64,000 nt of DNA from Oculina patagonica (Eukaryota): assembly GCF_052425735.1 (NCBI RefSeq), contig NC_135758.1:62001-126000 (forward strand). The letters are read 5' to 3'. The position numbers and the translations under genes were made by a program. Positions within the stretch are counted from its first letter, which is position 1. Each line of letters starts with the position of its first letter. The notes beneath the pieces are model-generated. The model had not been told where the DNA came from. It made no database searches and saw only the letters and a program-made list of their open reading frames with translations. Shown here in pieces: positions 22,801-33,103 of the stretch.

Positions 22801-25031
22801 TTATATCAAAACAGTAAAAATTTTAAATGTTTGGAGCTGCATCTATTTATCCTTGAAAATATATTTCCGTCTTGTTTTCGACTAGAACCCTTCTTCTGAC
22901 AAATGTTTTCTTCAGCTTGTAAATTGGCCACCAAAGTTTCTGTTTGCAGACTCCTTGAAATTACATTGAACAAGACCTTTGTATACATGTATGTCTAGCA
23001 GTTCCTTAGTCTTTGATGACTGAGCCATAACACTGACAAAATCGCGAAATTTAAAGCACTTTTGCTCTAATTTTACGAAATTTCGAGAGCCAAAATTTCG
23101 CGAAATAAAGTAAGCGCGAAAGTAAGAAATAAGGTATATTACCTGTTTTTCTAAATCAATCAAGCTTTTCCTGTAGGAATCAAGAACTTGATCTAATCCA
23201 GTACAGAATGCCTGGATGTACAAACCAAATGGTTCCTGTGCCAGTGTTGTTCCTAAATGCAGTAGAATTTCCCACAATCAGTAACATTTGTACAGAACAT
23301 AAGACTACATTGCTTTGAATTGCCCCATTCTGCTGAAAGGGTTCAGCCTTGAGCCAAGTGGCCCATACTGCCAGAGCTTATCCAGGTTTCGATAGCATTA
23401 AGCGGCTAGGAATATTTCTACTCCCCCTGAATGGGATGCTAGTCCATCGCAGGGTCCCCCCCCTTCTTCAAGCATTATGTTGCCAGTACCCATTTATACA
23501 ATGTTTTGCCCATGAACACAACACAATGAACCCGGCCAGGCCTCGAACCCAGAGTCCGGCGCACTAACCATAAGGCCACCCTGCTGAAGCTTATCCCAAT
23601 TTCTGTAGCATTAAATGGCTTGGACATTTTTTATTCTCCAAAGGTGGGATGCTACTCCACTGCAGGGTTATCATCCAGCCTTTTTTTTTTTCTTGGCACC
23701 CATTTACAATCCTGCCTGCAGAGAGATACTGTGGGAATAAAGTATCTTGCCTCACAATGCAATGGCCCCTGACAGGGCTTAAACCAAGACCACTAATCCA
23801 ATGCGATTAGGCCACTAGTGTACCTCCTTAGAGGGCTAGAGCAAATTACTGTCTTAGTATAACTGTGCAATAAAAATAAAAAGTTGTAATGAGCAGACAA
23901 TTATAGCAGCTAGGTCAGAATTGAGCATCCTTTAATGCAATGCTCAAAAAGGAAAATAAAAAAAATAACATTAAAATAAAATATAAATATTCAGAATCAA
24001 TTTTAATTACTGTCGAACTGGGGAGAGTGATTCAAACTAAGATGTATTTTACATGGAATTTACTCACCATCATTGGAGTTTTCTCTTATAAAGGGAGAAA
24101 CTTGTGAATACTTTCTACAAAATATCTGAAACTTTTGGAAGTAAGACCCAAGCTTGCAAATTCTATTCAGAAGATCAACCTCACTTCCATGGATAAATGG
24201 CAAGTCAGCAGCAACCTACAAAACCAATCATTACTAATTATAGTGGCATTCTGATTTCTTGAATCTTCAAGGGAAACAGAAATTGGTTTGAGAAAATTCA
24301 AGATATAAGGAAATCAGGGGCAACTTGTGTTTGACTGACCAATGCAAATACAAGAGAATTAATTTTGTTTGAGTTATCTGAGGTTATGAAATAGAAGGTT
24401 TAAGAAATTAGGATTCCACTGAACCAGAATTAGTATGAAGGAATAAAGTACTGTGCTGACTTCACTTGCACACACTTTACTGAGCCCCTGAATACAGCCA
24501 CCTCATTGCACCTCATTGCTGCTAGCCAGTTCAGCATTCTCCCTAATAAATGCCAAACGAACTGGGAGAGATGAAGGGCAGCTGTATTCCCAGGCTACAT
24601 GCATTGTGAATAGTATTATCTCTTTATAAGCCATCAAGTAAAATTTACCTTCAACCATTCGTTGTTTAGTTATGTAGCACTTAGAAAATGATGACAGAAC
24701 TCGCACAAGAAATATTAAGGAAGAATACAGTCCTCTTTGACCTCTTTGCACAGTTTGATTTTTTTTTCTTCATGCACTTCACCCACTTGTCCTTTTAAAA
24801 ACGCATGGTCGAAAATTTCTTCATTTCTTAAACAATTATAGGAAACTTAATTTATGGATATTTAAGCTAAAATTTTTATACGCCAAAAAATAGTTTTTGA
24901 AAATATTGGCGCCAAGGCTTGCACTAAAAAGCTTCTATGATGCGAACACAAACCTGAATTCCAGCAAACTTTTTGTGTACAAACACTCCGCCAGAATCTC
25001 CAGATAACGCCAACAGAAGTTCGTGTAACAT
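10876..25031 (-). CDS. TUBGCP4: Gamma-tubulin complex component 4, 20 exons
   Basis: Exons 24954-25031, 24068-24215, 23143-23252, 20877-20930, 20710-20766, 20203-20282, 19607-19817, 18152-18247, 17830-17899, 17595-17719, 16717-16767, 16401-16506, 16272-16306, 15911-16007, 15418-15517, 14833-15016, 14198-14332, 12176-12295, 11465-11610, 10876-10897, phases consistent. Motifs MLHELLLALSG, VCHGVMYQQLSAW, KDFFLLGRGELF, HMAFLVDNLQYYLQVDVLE, LAQLLLRIDFNK match GCP4. Confidence 0.96.
11946..12110. repeat. Palindromic MITE remnant with cggataatccg subrepeats
   Basis: ccgttttcacac...gtgtcaaaacgg foldback plus repeated cggataatccgtc. Confidence 0.4.
12417..12705 (-). mobile_element. Near full-length tRNA-derived SINE with CORE-like domain and 13-bp TSD
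   Basis: Minus strand: box A TGGCCTAATGG, box B GTTCGAGTC, MIR/CORE-like CTTGGGCAAGACACTT...TGCCTC...AAATGGG; TSD tttgaagcagagg at 12404-12416 and 12706-12718. Confidence 0.85.
12855..13773. mobile_element. pogo/Tigger-like (Tc1/mariner) MITE, host of a nested element
   Basis: 22-bp TIR cagtggaaccccgat(c/a)taacga with TA TSD at 12853-54 and 13774-75. Confidence 0.85.
12962..13700. mobile_element. Ginger1-like non-autonomous DNA transposon nested in the pogo-like MITE
   Basis: TGT...ACA termini, long imperfect TIRs built from (g/t)attttgtccccc and tccgctagc subrepeats, CCGG TSD at 12958-12961 and 13701-13704. Confidence 0.75.
16535..16580 (+). repeat. (TCTG)n microsatellite
   Basis: tgtctgtctgtctgtc... 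visible directly. Confidence 0.85.
18527..18663 (-). mobile_element. 3' part of the same SINE family as 12417-12705, with (TTTACC)-type tail
   Basis: gagccaagtggccc...gagcttatcccgg...tagcattaag...gatgggatgc aligns to the 12417 copy; aaggtaaaa tail repeats. Confidence 0.75.
18664..19476 (+). mobile_element. Truncated Academ(H)-type DNA transposon fragment
   Basis: Starts with a TAG terminus (tagactttcaataaagtcc) and subterminal hairpins; contains frameshifted RecQ-like helicase motifs. Confidence 0.6.
18861..19240 (+). pseudogene. Decayed RecQ-like superfamily II helicase N-terminal part
   Basis: Across frameshifts: motif I APTGAGKSL (18934-18960) then YELAP; motif Ia VPLISL-DQV (19006-19033); KLVFGS; motif II CVFIGESHCIAK (19203-19238, DExH decayed to GESH). 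Confidence 0.75.
22687..23136. mobile_element. TA-TSD MITE (Tc1/mariner-like)
   Basis: TIR taccttatt(t)cttactt / aagtaagaaataaggta, flanked by TA; internal cgcgaaa subrepeats. Confidence 0.7.
23351..23825 (-). mobile_element. Two adjacent degenerate copies of the tRNA/CORE-like SINE
   Basis: 23351-23580 and about 23581-23825 each repeat agcttatcc...tagcattaa...gggatgcta...ccatttac...aggccac. Confidence 0.75.
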
Positions 25032-25200
25032 ATTTTAACAGGTTTTTAGAAGAAATCGCAGATTATCGATGTGAATATTGATAAAATTCAAATACATCCC
25101 CTCTGTCCTCCATCTTTGTTTTCGAATGTACAGCGCATGTGTAGTTTTCAGTCCCTCAGCTGAGCTGAGTCCCCATAATGCAGCTGGATACCCTCGTTCA

Positions 25201-25222
25201 CTCTCTTTCCGTCGCTTCTTTA
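25201..25222 (+). promoter_or_regulatory. TCT initiator / 5' terminal oligopyrimidine (TOP) tract of RPS6
   Basis: ctctctttccgtcgcttcttt about 50 nt upstream of the ATG; CTCTTTCC at 25203-25210 is the canonical ribosomal-protein start motif. Confidence 0.7.
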
Positions 25223-25253
25223 GCGGTTCTTCTCATCGAAGAGAAGACGAACG

Positions 25254-26951
25254 ATGAAGGTAAAAAAAAATAACATTGCATCGATAATTATAAAGAAATG
25301 CTTCCATAAAAGAAAACACTGATCATCTGTCTCTTCAACTGTGACTTACTTACAGACAGATGGGTTTTTTTGACCCTAGATTTTCCAGATTAAATTTAGG
25401 GGTAAATTGATAATTGCAACCCTGACAGTCGTGGTTTTGGCCCAAGTATTGAGATCGCTGGGTAGCATTTGTTTTCTTTGGCGTCTTTTTATAACGAACT
25501 GTACCTTTCAAGGAAATGTCATGTCCTGGAATTGCAGGACGATAAACTGACTCGTCGTGTCTGAAGAAATTGCACCTCAAGTTTTGTGGTTTGTTATTAG
25601 TGTTACATGTGGACGAGAAACAATTTCAGTTGGTTCTAGTGGACTAGGGGTCACTGTTCGGAATCTGCCCAGTTTGGCGTAATGATCCCTTCCCATGATA
25701 TCGATCATTAATTATCCTTTGCAAGAAACAGTGTCCCAAGCTCTCACTACCGCAACTGGATATAATGTGCTCTGGGGATACCTTTTTTTAGCCATGAGTT
25801 GTTAAATCTATCAATTTCCTTTAACAGTGTGAACTTCAATTGCAAACCTAGTCCATTTCCCAATCCATATCCATTTTTTATAATAACTCAATAGTTAAAT
25901 GCTGTTTATGTATATCCCTTCATTTTCAAGGCATTTTGAACCCAGGGCCCTTACATATGTAACTGCAGAATACCCTGCAAATGAGGTTCATCTTATTCAA
26001 TAACAATAGTTCCTATTGCTTGCTGCCTTGTTCTTCAAAGAGTTCCAACTCAGTGAATCTCATTTGCAGGGTATTCTGCAGTTTCTCCCTTTCAAGGCTG
26101 TGCTCTAAGAAAAATTACAAGGAGCACAAAAGTTCCAAACTATGAGATCCAGGGTGCCCAGCATAAAGCTTATATGAAAGAAATAAGATTATCTGGTCGC
26201 CCAAAGACAAAAGTTAGTCGCCTGAGGCACCCGGGCGCCCTTAGAGCACAGCCCTGTGACTTTTGTCTTTAACTCCAATAGCCTTTTTATAGGTTTTAGT
26301 AAACTGTTTGGTGTACTTCATAGTTTCTTTGTTTCTTTGTAGCTCAACATTTCCTTCCCGGCAAGTGGGTGCCAGAAGCTCATTGAAGTTGATGATGAAC
26401 GAAAGCTGTAAGTATTTTTCTGCGTGTGGCCCTTAATTGCTAATGCCAGATGATCAGTGTATTCAACCTTATTAATGTTTATTCCAGGCATCCTGCCAGG
26501 CATAACTATATACATACATATACTTTATTATCCTTGAAATTTCCAGAGTAGCTGTATAGAGAATATCTTTGAGAAAAAAAAGTGATAAAAAGCAGTTAGG
26601 TTTATATTTATGCAACCAGCCCCTGCTGTTTGCTCACTTAGTTGTGTCCTTTATTGGGAGTAACAATTTCAATTGCAACTGCAAGTAGTCTAGGTTTGTT
26701 TGGATGAAGTGCCCTCATAAGGCACTTTTTCCAACCATTTTCAGTTCATAACCATAAGGCTGTGTATTGGGATCAACTGTTTCCTGTTTGTTGGGTTGGA
26801 TGGTTTTTGTTTTCTTTTTGCATTCAATTAAGGTAAGGTATAAGGTAAGGTATTTTATTTAAAGTGGTGGGGGTGGCCTTGGGGGGGTGTAAAAAAAGAT
26901 TTTAAAATAAATTTATTCAAAATTATTTAAAATAAAAAAAATAAAAAAAAA

Positions 26952-27011
<60 letters not shown>

Positions 27012-28849
27012 AAAAAAAATTGGAAAAAATCCATTTTCAGTTGATTTTGTTTAAGGGTTGTTGAAGATTTATCAGCATGTTTCACCTGTGAATGGGTGGA
27101 AAATTGTTCTGTTGGGAGACGTAAACCAAATCAACTAAATTTGATGCTCGTTGATCTATCTAAACCAATAAAAAGAGCTCATAAAAACAGTTGATCCAAA
27201 AGAACACGGCATATAGTTGATATACATCGAACTCAGTTGGTAGAGCATTGCATTACTGGTGGTGCAAGAGAGTTTTTTGTCTCTAACCAAAAGTTCATTG
27301 TGTGGTTCCAGAAAATATCCATACCCCCCAGGAAAGGGATTTGTCCTATGACCCCCCCCCTCTGGAAATTTCAATTTAGCTTCATACATTGCTTTAAAGT
27401 TTTAGGTCTTTGTGACCCCCCCCCCCTCCTCCCCGGAATTTCCCATCCCTTCTGTGGGTGGAGTATGGATTAGCCTGCGAACAGGCTCCCGAGTGGGGTT
27501 TTTTCGGGGGCGAGGGGGGGGGAGGGGGGGGGATGGATATTTTCTGGAACCACACATTTTCTCAAAACTCGCTGGCTATTACTTCCCTCCCCGGCGGGGC
27601 AAAGGCTATTACACTGTAGTTTAAATTTGAAAGAAGTTGTTCTCATAACAAGTGACTAACTTTTCTTTTTAATTCCAGCCGTAACTTCTATGACAAGCGT
27701 ATTTCTGCTGAAGTCAGTGCTGAATGTCTTGGTGAGGAGTGGAAGGTAAGCTATCCTCTACACCAGTCAAGTAACAAAATATGTTATGTCGCTAAGGTTT
27801 ATCATGTTCAAATTTAGCACCCAGGATGCTTATTTGATTTTGAGAGAGCACTTATTGGAGACAAGGTGCTTAGTCAGGACAGCACACATATTTCTCTGTT
27901 GATATAATCAACTGAATGTTAAAAGGAAAGAAAGATCCTTTATTTGAAGGAATTGTGCCCTTGCATGAAGTAACAGTCAAGACCCGAAAAAGACCAGTTC
28001 TTTGAAAAGATGTGAATAGTTCAGAAGAAAGAGGAACTACTTACAATCTCAGTGAACTCCAACAGCACTGTTATTGAAACAGATTGGGAATTTATTGGGA
28101 CAGGGACATAAATAAACGAAAATGCATTTAAAAGGGCGCTTTACAGTTGCATTACAGTTTTAAGAGAAAAAGTATCTTGAACAAGATTGTGTAACTTCTT
28201 GGTCAGATTGATACAGTACTGACTGATTACATTTTCTCCATGACAGGGATACGTGGTAAGAATCTCTGGAGGAAATGACAAACAGGGATTCTCCATGAAA
28301 CAGGGTGTCATGACAAATGGTCGTGTGCGCCTCCTGCTCTCCAAGGGTCACTCCTGCTACAGGCCACGTAGAACCGGTGAACGCAAGCGCAAGTCTGTGC
28401 GTGGCTGTATTGTGGATTCTCAACTCAGTGTGCTGAATCTGGTTATCATCAAGAAAGGTGATAATGACATTCCTGGGTTGACAGACACCACTGTGCCACG
28501 CCGTCTTGGACCTAAGAGAGTTGGCAAGATCAGGAAGATGTTTAACCTGTCCAAGGAAGATGATGTGCGACAGTATGTCATCAGAAGAACACTCCCAGAG
28601 AAGGAGGGCAAGAAGACCAGGACCAAGGCTCCCAAGATCCAGCGCTTGGTCACACCTCTAGTGCTGCAGCGCAAGCGTAAAATCTTGGCCCTGAAGAAAA
28701 TGAGAGCACAGAAAGCTAAGCAAGAGTACGCTGAGTACACAAGGCTGCTTGCAAAGAGAGCTAAAGAGGCCAAGGAGAAACGTCATGAAATGCTGAAGAA
28801 AAAGCGTGCTTCCTCAAGTCATCGGGAGTCACTGAGCAGTGCAAAATGA
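25254..28849 (+). CDS. RPS6: 40S ribosomal protein S6 (eS6), 4 exons
   Basis: Exons 25254-25259 (MK), 26343-26407, 27679-27745, 28247-28849 give [31 protein letters not shown]...GNDKQGF...[11 protein letters not shown]...KAPKIQRL; AATAAA at 28875-28880. Confidence 0.98.
25961..26083. repeat. 30-bp inverted repeat (MITE-like foldback) in RPS6 intron 1
   Basis: aactgcagaataccctgcaaatgaggttca vs tgaatctcatttgcagggtattctgcagtt, one mismatch. Confidence 0.75.
26093..26256. mobile_element. CAGGG-terminal (hAT-like) MITE
   Basis: TIR caaggctgtgctctaag / cttagagcacagccctg; TSD not intact. Confidence 0.55.
27299..27556. mobile_element. MITE in RPS6 intron 2
   Basis: TIR tgtgtggttccagaaaatatccat / atggatattttctggaaccacaca; a related end lies at about 63001. 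Confidence 0.7.
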
Positions 28850-29887
28850 GTTCTGTATAAATTTTGAAACAGCTAATAAAGAAAAATAGCATTGTGCAAT
28901 TCTGGAGTTTTTCTTTCAGAGTATGAGGTTGTTGTCAATGCACCCCCAGTAGTTCCATTATCTTTTTCCCTTGCAAAACCGATACTTCCAAATGGCGTAA
29001 GGTGTCTCCAGTTGTCTTCAATGACAAATCAATAAAAGCATAGGATGATGCTCGCATCATCCCTAGCCTCCTATGCAGACATCATTCTTTTGGTTAGTCA
29101 CGCACAGTGTTCGGGAGTACCGTGACGAGTGGATAAAATGTTTGCATAGAAGGCTAGATCATTCACTGTATAATTATAACAAAATATTTTGTCACGAAAG
29201 ACAACTGAGAACAAGTCAGGGAAAAAGGTAGGTTATCTTGTCACATGAAAAGACAACTCGTAAATATTAAGGCAGAAAAGGCTTTTTGATATATGAAAAT
29301 TCAGCTTGATAGCAAGGCCTAGAGGACACAAACGAAACCAATTTTTCAAGTGTGTATAAATCCTTTTGTTCGTGTCTGCTGCACCTTGCCATCAAGCTGA
29401 ATTGTAATGTATGAAAAGTAGCCTATTGGCACATTGCATCGCAAACATGCCATTGAACCCTGAACCACTGTTCACTACATTCATGCACCTCACAAGGATG
29501 TCACCAACTGGAGTTGTGGGTGGAAAAAGAATGATGTACAAAAACTCATCCTTGGCAACTACAAATGGCATTCCCGGGCGGTTAATGTTGGGCTACTTCT
29601 TTCAGCTCTGGCTAAAAAGGCACGGTGCCGTTTTGTAAAAAAAAAAACTTAAGAAAAGCAGACACTTAGAAACACACAAGCCGTGTTTGCGTCAGTCACG
29701 GGAGTGTGCGTGACATGAATTTTCTTCATCACGTCATCTCTTGCTTTAAACCACATGCCTGGCCGGATAAATTTCTGCTTACGCATGCAGTATTTATTTT
29801 GTTCCGAATGTTGAATAAAATAAACCCAAACCAGTTGAATGGCATTAAAAAGAAGTCCATTTCACGCCAAAATAAAGACTAGACTAA

Positions 29888-30323
29888 GGGCCTCTTCATA
29901 TGATCCCGGTTGACCGGGCGGCCCAGTTACCGAGATCTTTCACTCCTATTTTCTTGTAAAATTTTGGATGTGTTCATATGAGAAGGTGGGCCAGCCCGGT
30001 TACCGATATCTCGGTTTCTGCAACCGAGATCTCGACAACTGGGAAAAATATTTTCCCATATGAACGCTTTCGTAATTGGGTGGTCCAAATGGTTTAATTT
30101 TGCCTTGTATCTATTTCCACTCAGAAATATGCGAATAGCTTTATTAATAAAGTTACAAGGGTCAAAGTTGCAGGCGAAAGATGCAACTTTATGTGTCGCC
30201 ATTTGCCTTCGTTTCTTGAATTTTATCCCCGTCAACCGGGCTAAAATTTTCCATATGAACAGAAGTCAAAATCCGTCCTGGTAACTGAGACAGCCCGTAA
30301 ACCGGGCTCATGTGAAGAGGCCC
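29888..30323. mobile_element. PIF/Harbinger-like MITE
   Basis: TIR gggcctcttca(t/c)atga with TAA TSD at 29885-87 and 30324-26. Confidence 0.85.
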
Positions 30324-30539
30324 TAAGGCCATCCCGTTGTATTTCTTCGTTTAGCGACATCTGATGACTTTTAAAAGTCCAAGGTTTGCAAGAGTCACGG
30401 GGTTTGCGTGAACTGTAGCAGTGAGCGAAAATTCCCTTACTCACGTCATCCCTTTCTTTAATAAACTTGCATCAACAAATTCCTGCCTGGGCTTGCAATT
30501 TTTTATATTGTTCCGAATCTCAAACAAACTACACTCAAA

Positions 30540-30949
30540 CCCGGGGGGGTACTCCCTATAATGGCCTATAGGGGAGGCTCCGCCCGAAAGGGGTACCTTT
30601 TTCAGGCTTCAGGTATATAAAAGGGTAGGGATTTCACGCGTTTAAGTATATGAAAGGGTATGGAAATATGTCATTTGGCTATTTAAAAGGGCCTTTAATT
30701 AATATATTTTAAACATACGCAATTCATGGCTGTATTATTTTAATTTATTAAGCGCTACATAAAAATGAAAGAAAACGTCCTATTTTAAGTCCATGCCATG
30801 TCTCTTAGGTATATGAAAGGGGTACCTTTTTTCAGTTAAAGGTATACGAAAGGGGTACAATCGTCAAAAATGGTATATAAAAGGGTAAGGGGTAGCTTGG
30901 GGGGAGCCTCCCCGTACAAAACTTTTTGGAGTACCCCCCCCCCCCCGGG
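30540..30949. mobile_element. MITE with CCCGGGGGG termini and 8-bp TSD (superfamily unresolved)
   Basis: cccgggggggtactcc / ggagtaccccc..cggg; TSD cactcaaa at 30532-30539 and 30950-30957; internal tatatgaaagggta subrepeats. Confidence 0.85.
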
Positions 30950-31763
30950 CACTCAAACCACTTGAATGGCATAAAATTAAAGAAGCTTTAAAATCAAGTT
31001 CTTGAAGTTTAACTGCTATTTCCCTCAAAAAAAACACATCTTTCAGAAGCATTTGGGAAGTCGCATGATTCGAAGCACATAAAATAGAGCATATCTAACT
31101 GCGAGATTCGCTAGGTAATTCCCCTTTTTGTGATGACGTGTGTCCTGTGCCTTGACAAATTTTTGCTGGGTTTGCAATTTTCGTTTCAATTCCAAAAATA
31201 AATTCAAAACACTTGCAAAACACACGAAAAATAATTCATTTTTTCATTTTAAAATAGTTTGGACATGTCAAATCGCAACGTGAATGTTCAAGCCCAGAGC
31301 CAAATGCTTGAATAACAATTAAACAAGGGATCGCCAGAAACATCAAAATTTGCGTGACCATGACCTCCTTCTGGAACGATTTACCGACCAAAAAATGAAA
31401 CCCCGGGCAGATTATGAACCGGGCCCAGGCCCCCCCCCCCCCGGTTAATTACTCCTGTCTGTGTGTGTGCCTGCTTCTTTTCACAGGCTAATTAGGTTAT
31501 GAGCTCAAGATTTCCATCAGGTGTTAGTTGATGAGGCCGAAAAAATTGAGTGATTACATGCTGAAGTAAAATACTAAATTTCTTAAGCTTTCAAATTATG
31601 AATTACAATTATCCAGTTAATAATATACATCAAAAAATTTCTCGAATCTGATTGGCTTAGAGAACTGCAGTTTTTAGTAACTTGGATGCAGAAACGAGGA
31701 AATTCAGTGCAAAAAAGAGAAACAAACACGGTATTCTGATTGATTAATAAACTAAGGCAGCCA

Positions 31764-31944
31764 TAGACCACGAGCAGTCCCTATTTTTTCGCAGAGTCAG
31801 TCGAGCTAGGTGTGAAGCGAAAAATTTTTCGCAGAGTCCGTCGAGTGTGAAGCAAAAAAATAAATTACGATGGACTCTTCGAAAAAAAATTTTCACTTCA
31901 AGCTCAACGGACTCTCCAAAAAAATAGGGACTGCTCATAGTCTA
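31764..31944. mobile_element. Academ-type MITE (TAG termini, 9-bp TSD)
   Basis: TIR tagac(c/t)a(c/t)gagcagtccctatttttt; TSD aggcagcca at 31755-31763 and 31945-31953. Confidence 0.85.
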
Positions 31945-32058
31945 AGGCAGCCACATGGGGCCAATCAAATGCTTCCACACAATCTATAAAATGGTGCGTA
32001 ATTTGGATCTGCTTCGAGATGCGAGTTAAGAAAAAATGGCTGGCATTTTGAGCACAGT

Positions 32059-32328
32059 ATGAGGACCAGAAGACAGCTCTAAATAGCATAGAACTGAAAA
32101 GCACTGGTTTTTGGTTCTCATTTTGTAATAACTGGTTTCCTAAGAAGGAAATTGCAAATAGGAACAAACAAAATGGATCAAAATCTGCCAATCATGAGGA
32201 CCAAAAGACAGCTCTAAAAAGCATAGGACTGAAAAGCACTGGTTTTTTGTTTCTCATTTTGTAATAATTGGTTTCCTGAGAAGGAAATTGCAAACAGGAA
32301 CAAACAAAATGGATCAAAATCTGCCAAT
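32059..32328 (+). repeat. 135-bp tandem duplication inside a MITE related to 43086-43379
   Basis: Units start at 32059 and 32194 (atgaggacca...ctgccaatc); the downstream sequence matches the interior of the 43086 element. Confidence 0.8.
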
Positions 32329-32499
32329 CACAACTGTCAGACATGGCCTTTTGAACTGTTTGAAGTGAAATTGTTTCCTGAGAGGTCTGCTTTGATGATT
32401 GACGGCAGCAAAAAACATAGCTCAGTTGACTTGAGCAGAGTTTGTGTGTTATCATGAGGTTCAGAAACAGAAACATTGCAAAATGACTACTAGCAAAAG

Positions 32500-32715
32500 A
32501 GGAGAGGGATGGGCAGTGGTGAGAGCGCCGCCTCCCACAGGCCCGGGTCGACCCGGACCCGGCGTCAATGTGGGTTGAGTTGTTGTTGCCGCCTGCTCCG
32601 AGGGTTCCCGGGTCTCCGGTCCCCCCCACAAAACCAACACCTCTAAATTCCAAGATCGGGAACGAGGCCACAGGTCTCAGTCGAAAGACGGTCAACCCTC
32701 GTTAAACAAAGTTGA
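32500..32715 (+). mobile_element. Second tRNA-derived SINE family, degenerate
   Basis: gggatgggcagtggtgagagc...gcctcccac...cccgggtcga..ccggac...tgtgggttgagtt...aaaaccaacac..ctaaattccaa; box A/B-like head with many single-base deletions. Confidence 0.6.
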
Positions 32716-33103
32716 TTTATAAAAATTGCTTGAGAAGCAAGCAAAAACAAAACACAGCAATTATATATAGCCTACATGTCAGTTTTATTCACAAAACATT
32801 CAAATTTTAATTATTTTTTTAAAACCTTACTACATTCATGTTCTTTTGTGCTGCATCTGGTTTATTTTCCCGTGCACAGTTAAAATGAAGTACTTCACAT
32901 GGTATTGCATTCAGAATGCTGGTTATCTTTTAGATATTACAAAATGTTTTTTTTTTCTTTTACAGCAGTACTATACTAGGTTAAATTTAAAAAACACTGA
33001 CCCAACTAACTCCATCAGTTCAATTAAGAAACAAGATACACATTTCAGAATGGTTTCATATGGGGGTACAATATAGGGAAGAGAAAGTCCTAACCATATA
33101 TGA

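Noticed and set aside
25600-25790. Intronic H/ACA or C/D snoRNA in RPS6 intron 1
   Set aside because: Two weak hairpins but no properly placed ANANNA/ACA or RUGAUGA/CUGA boxes; a snoRNA scan would be needed.
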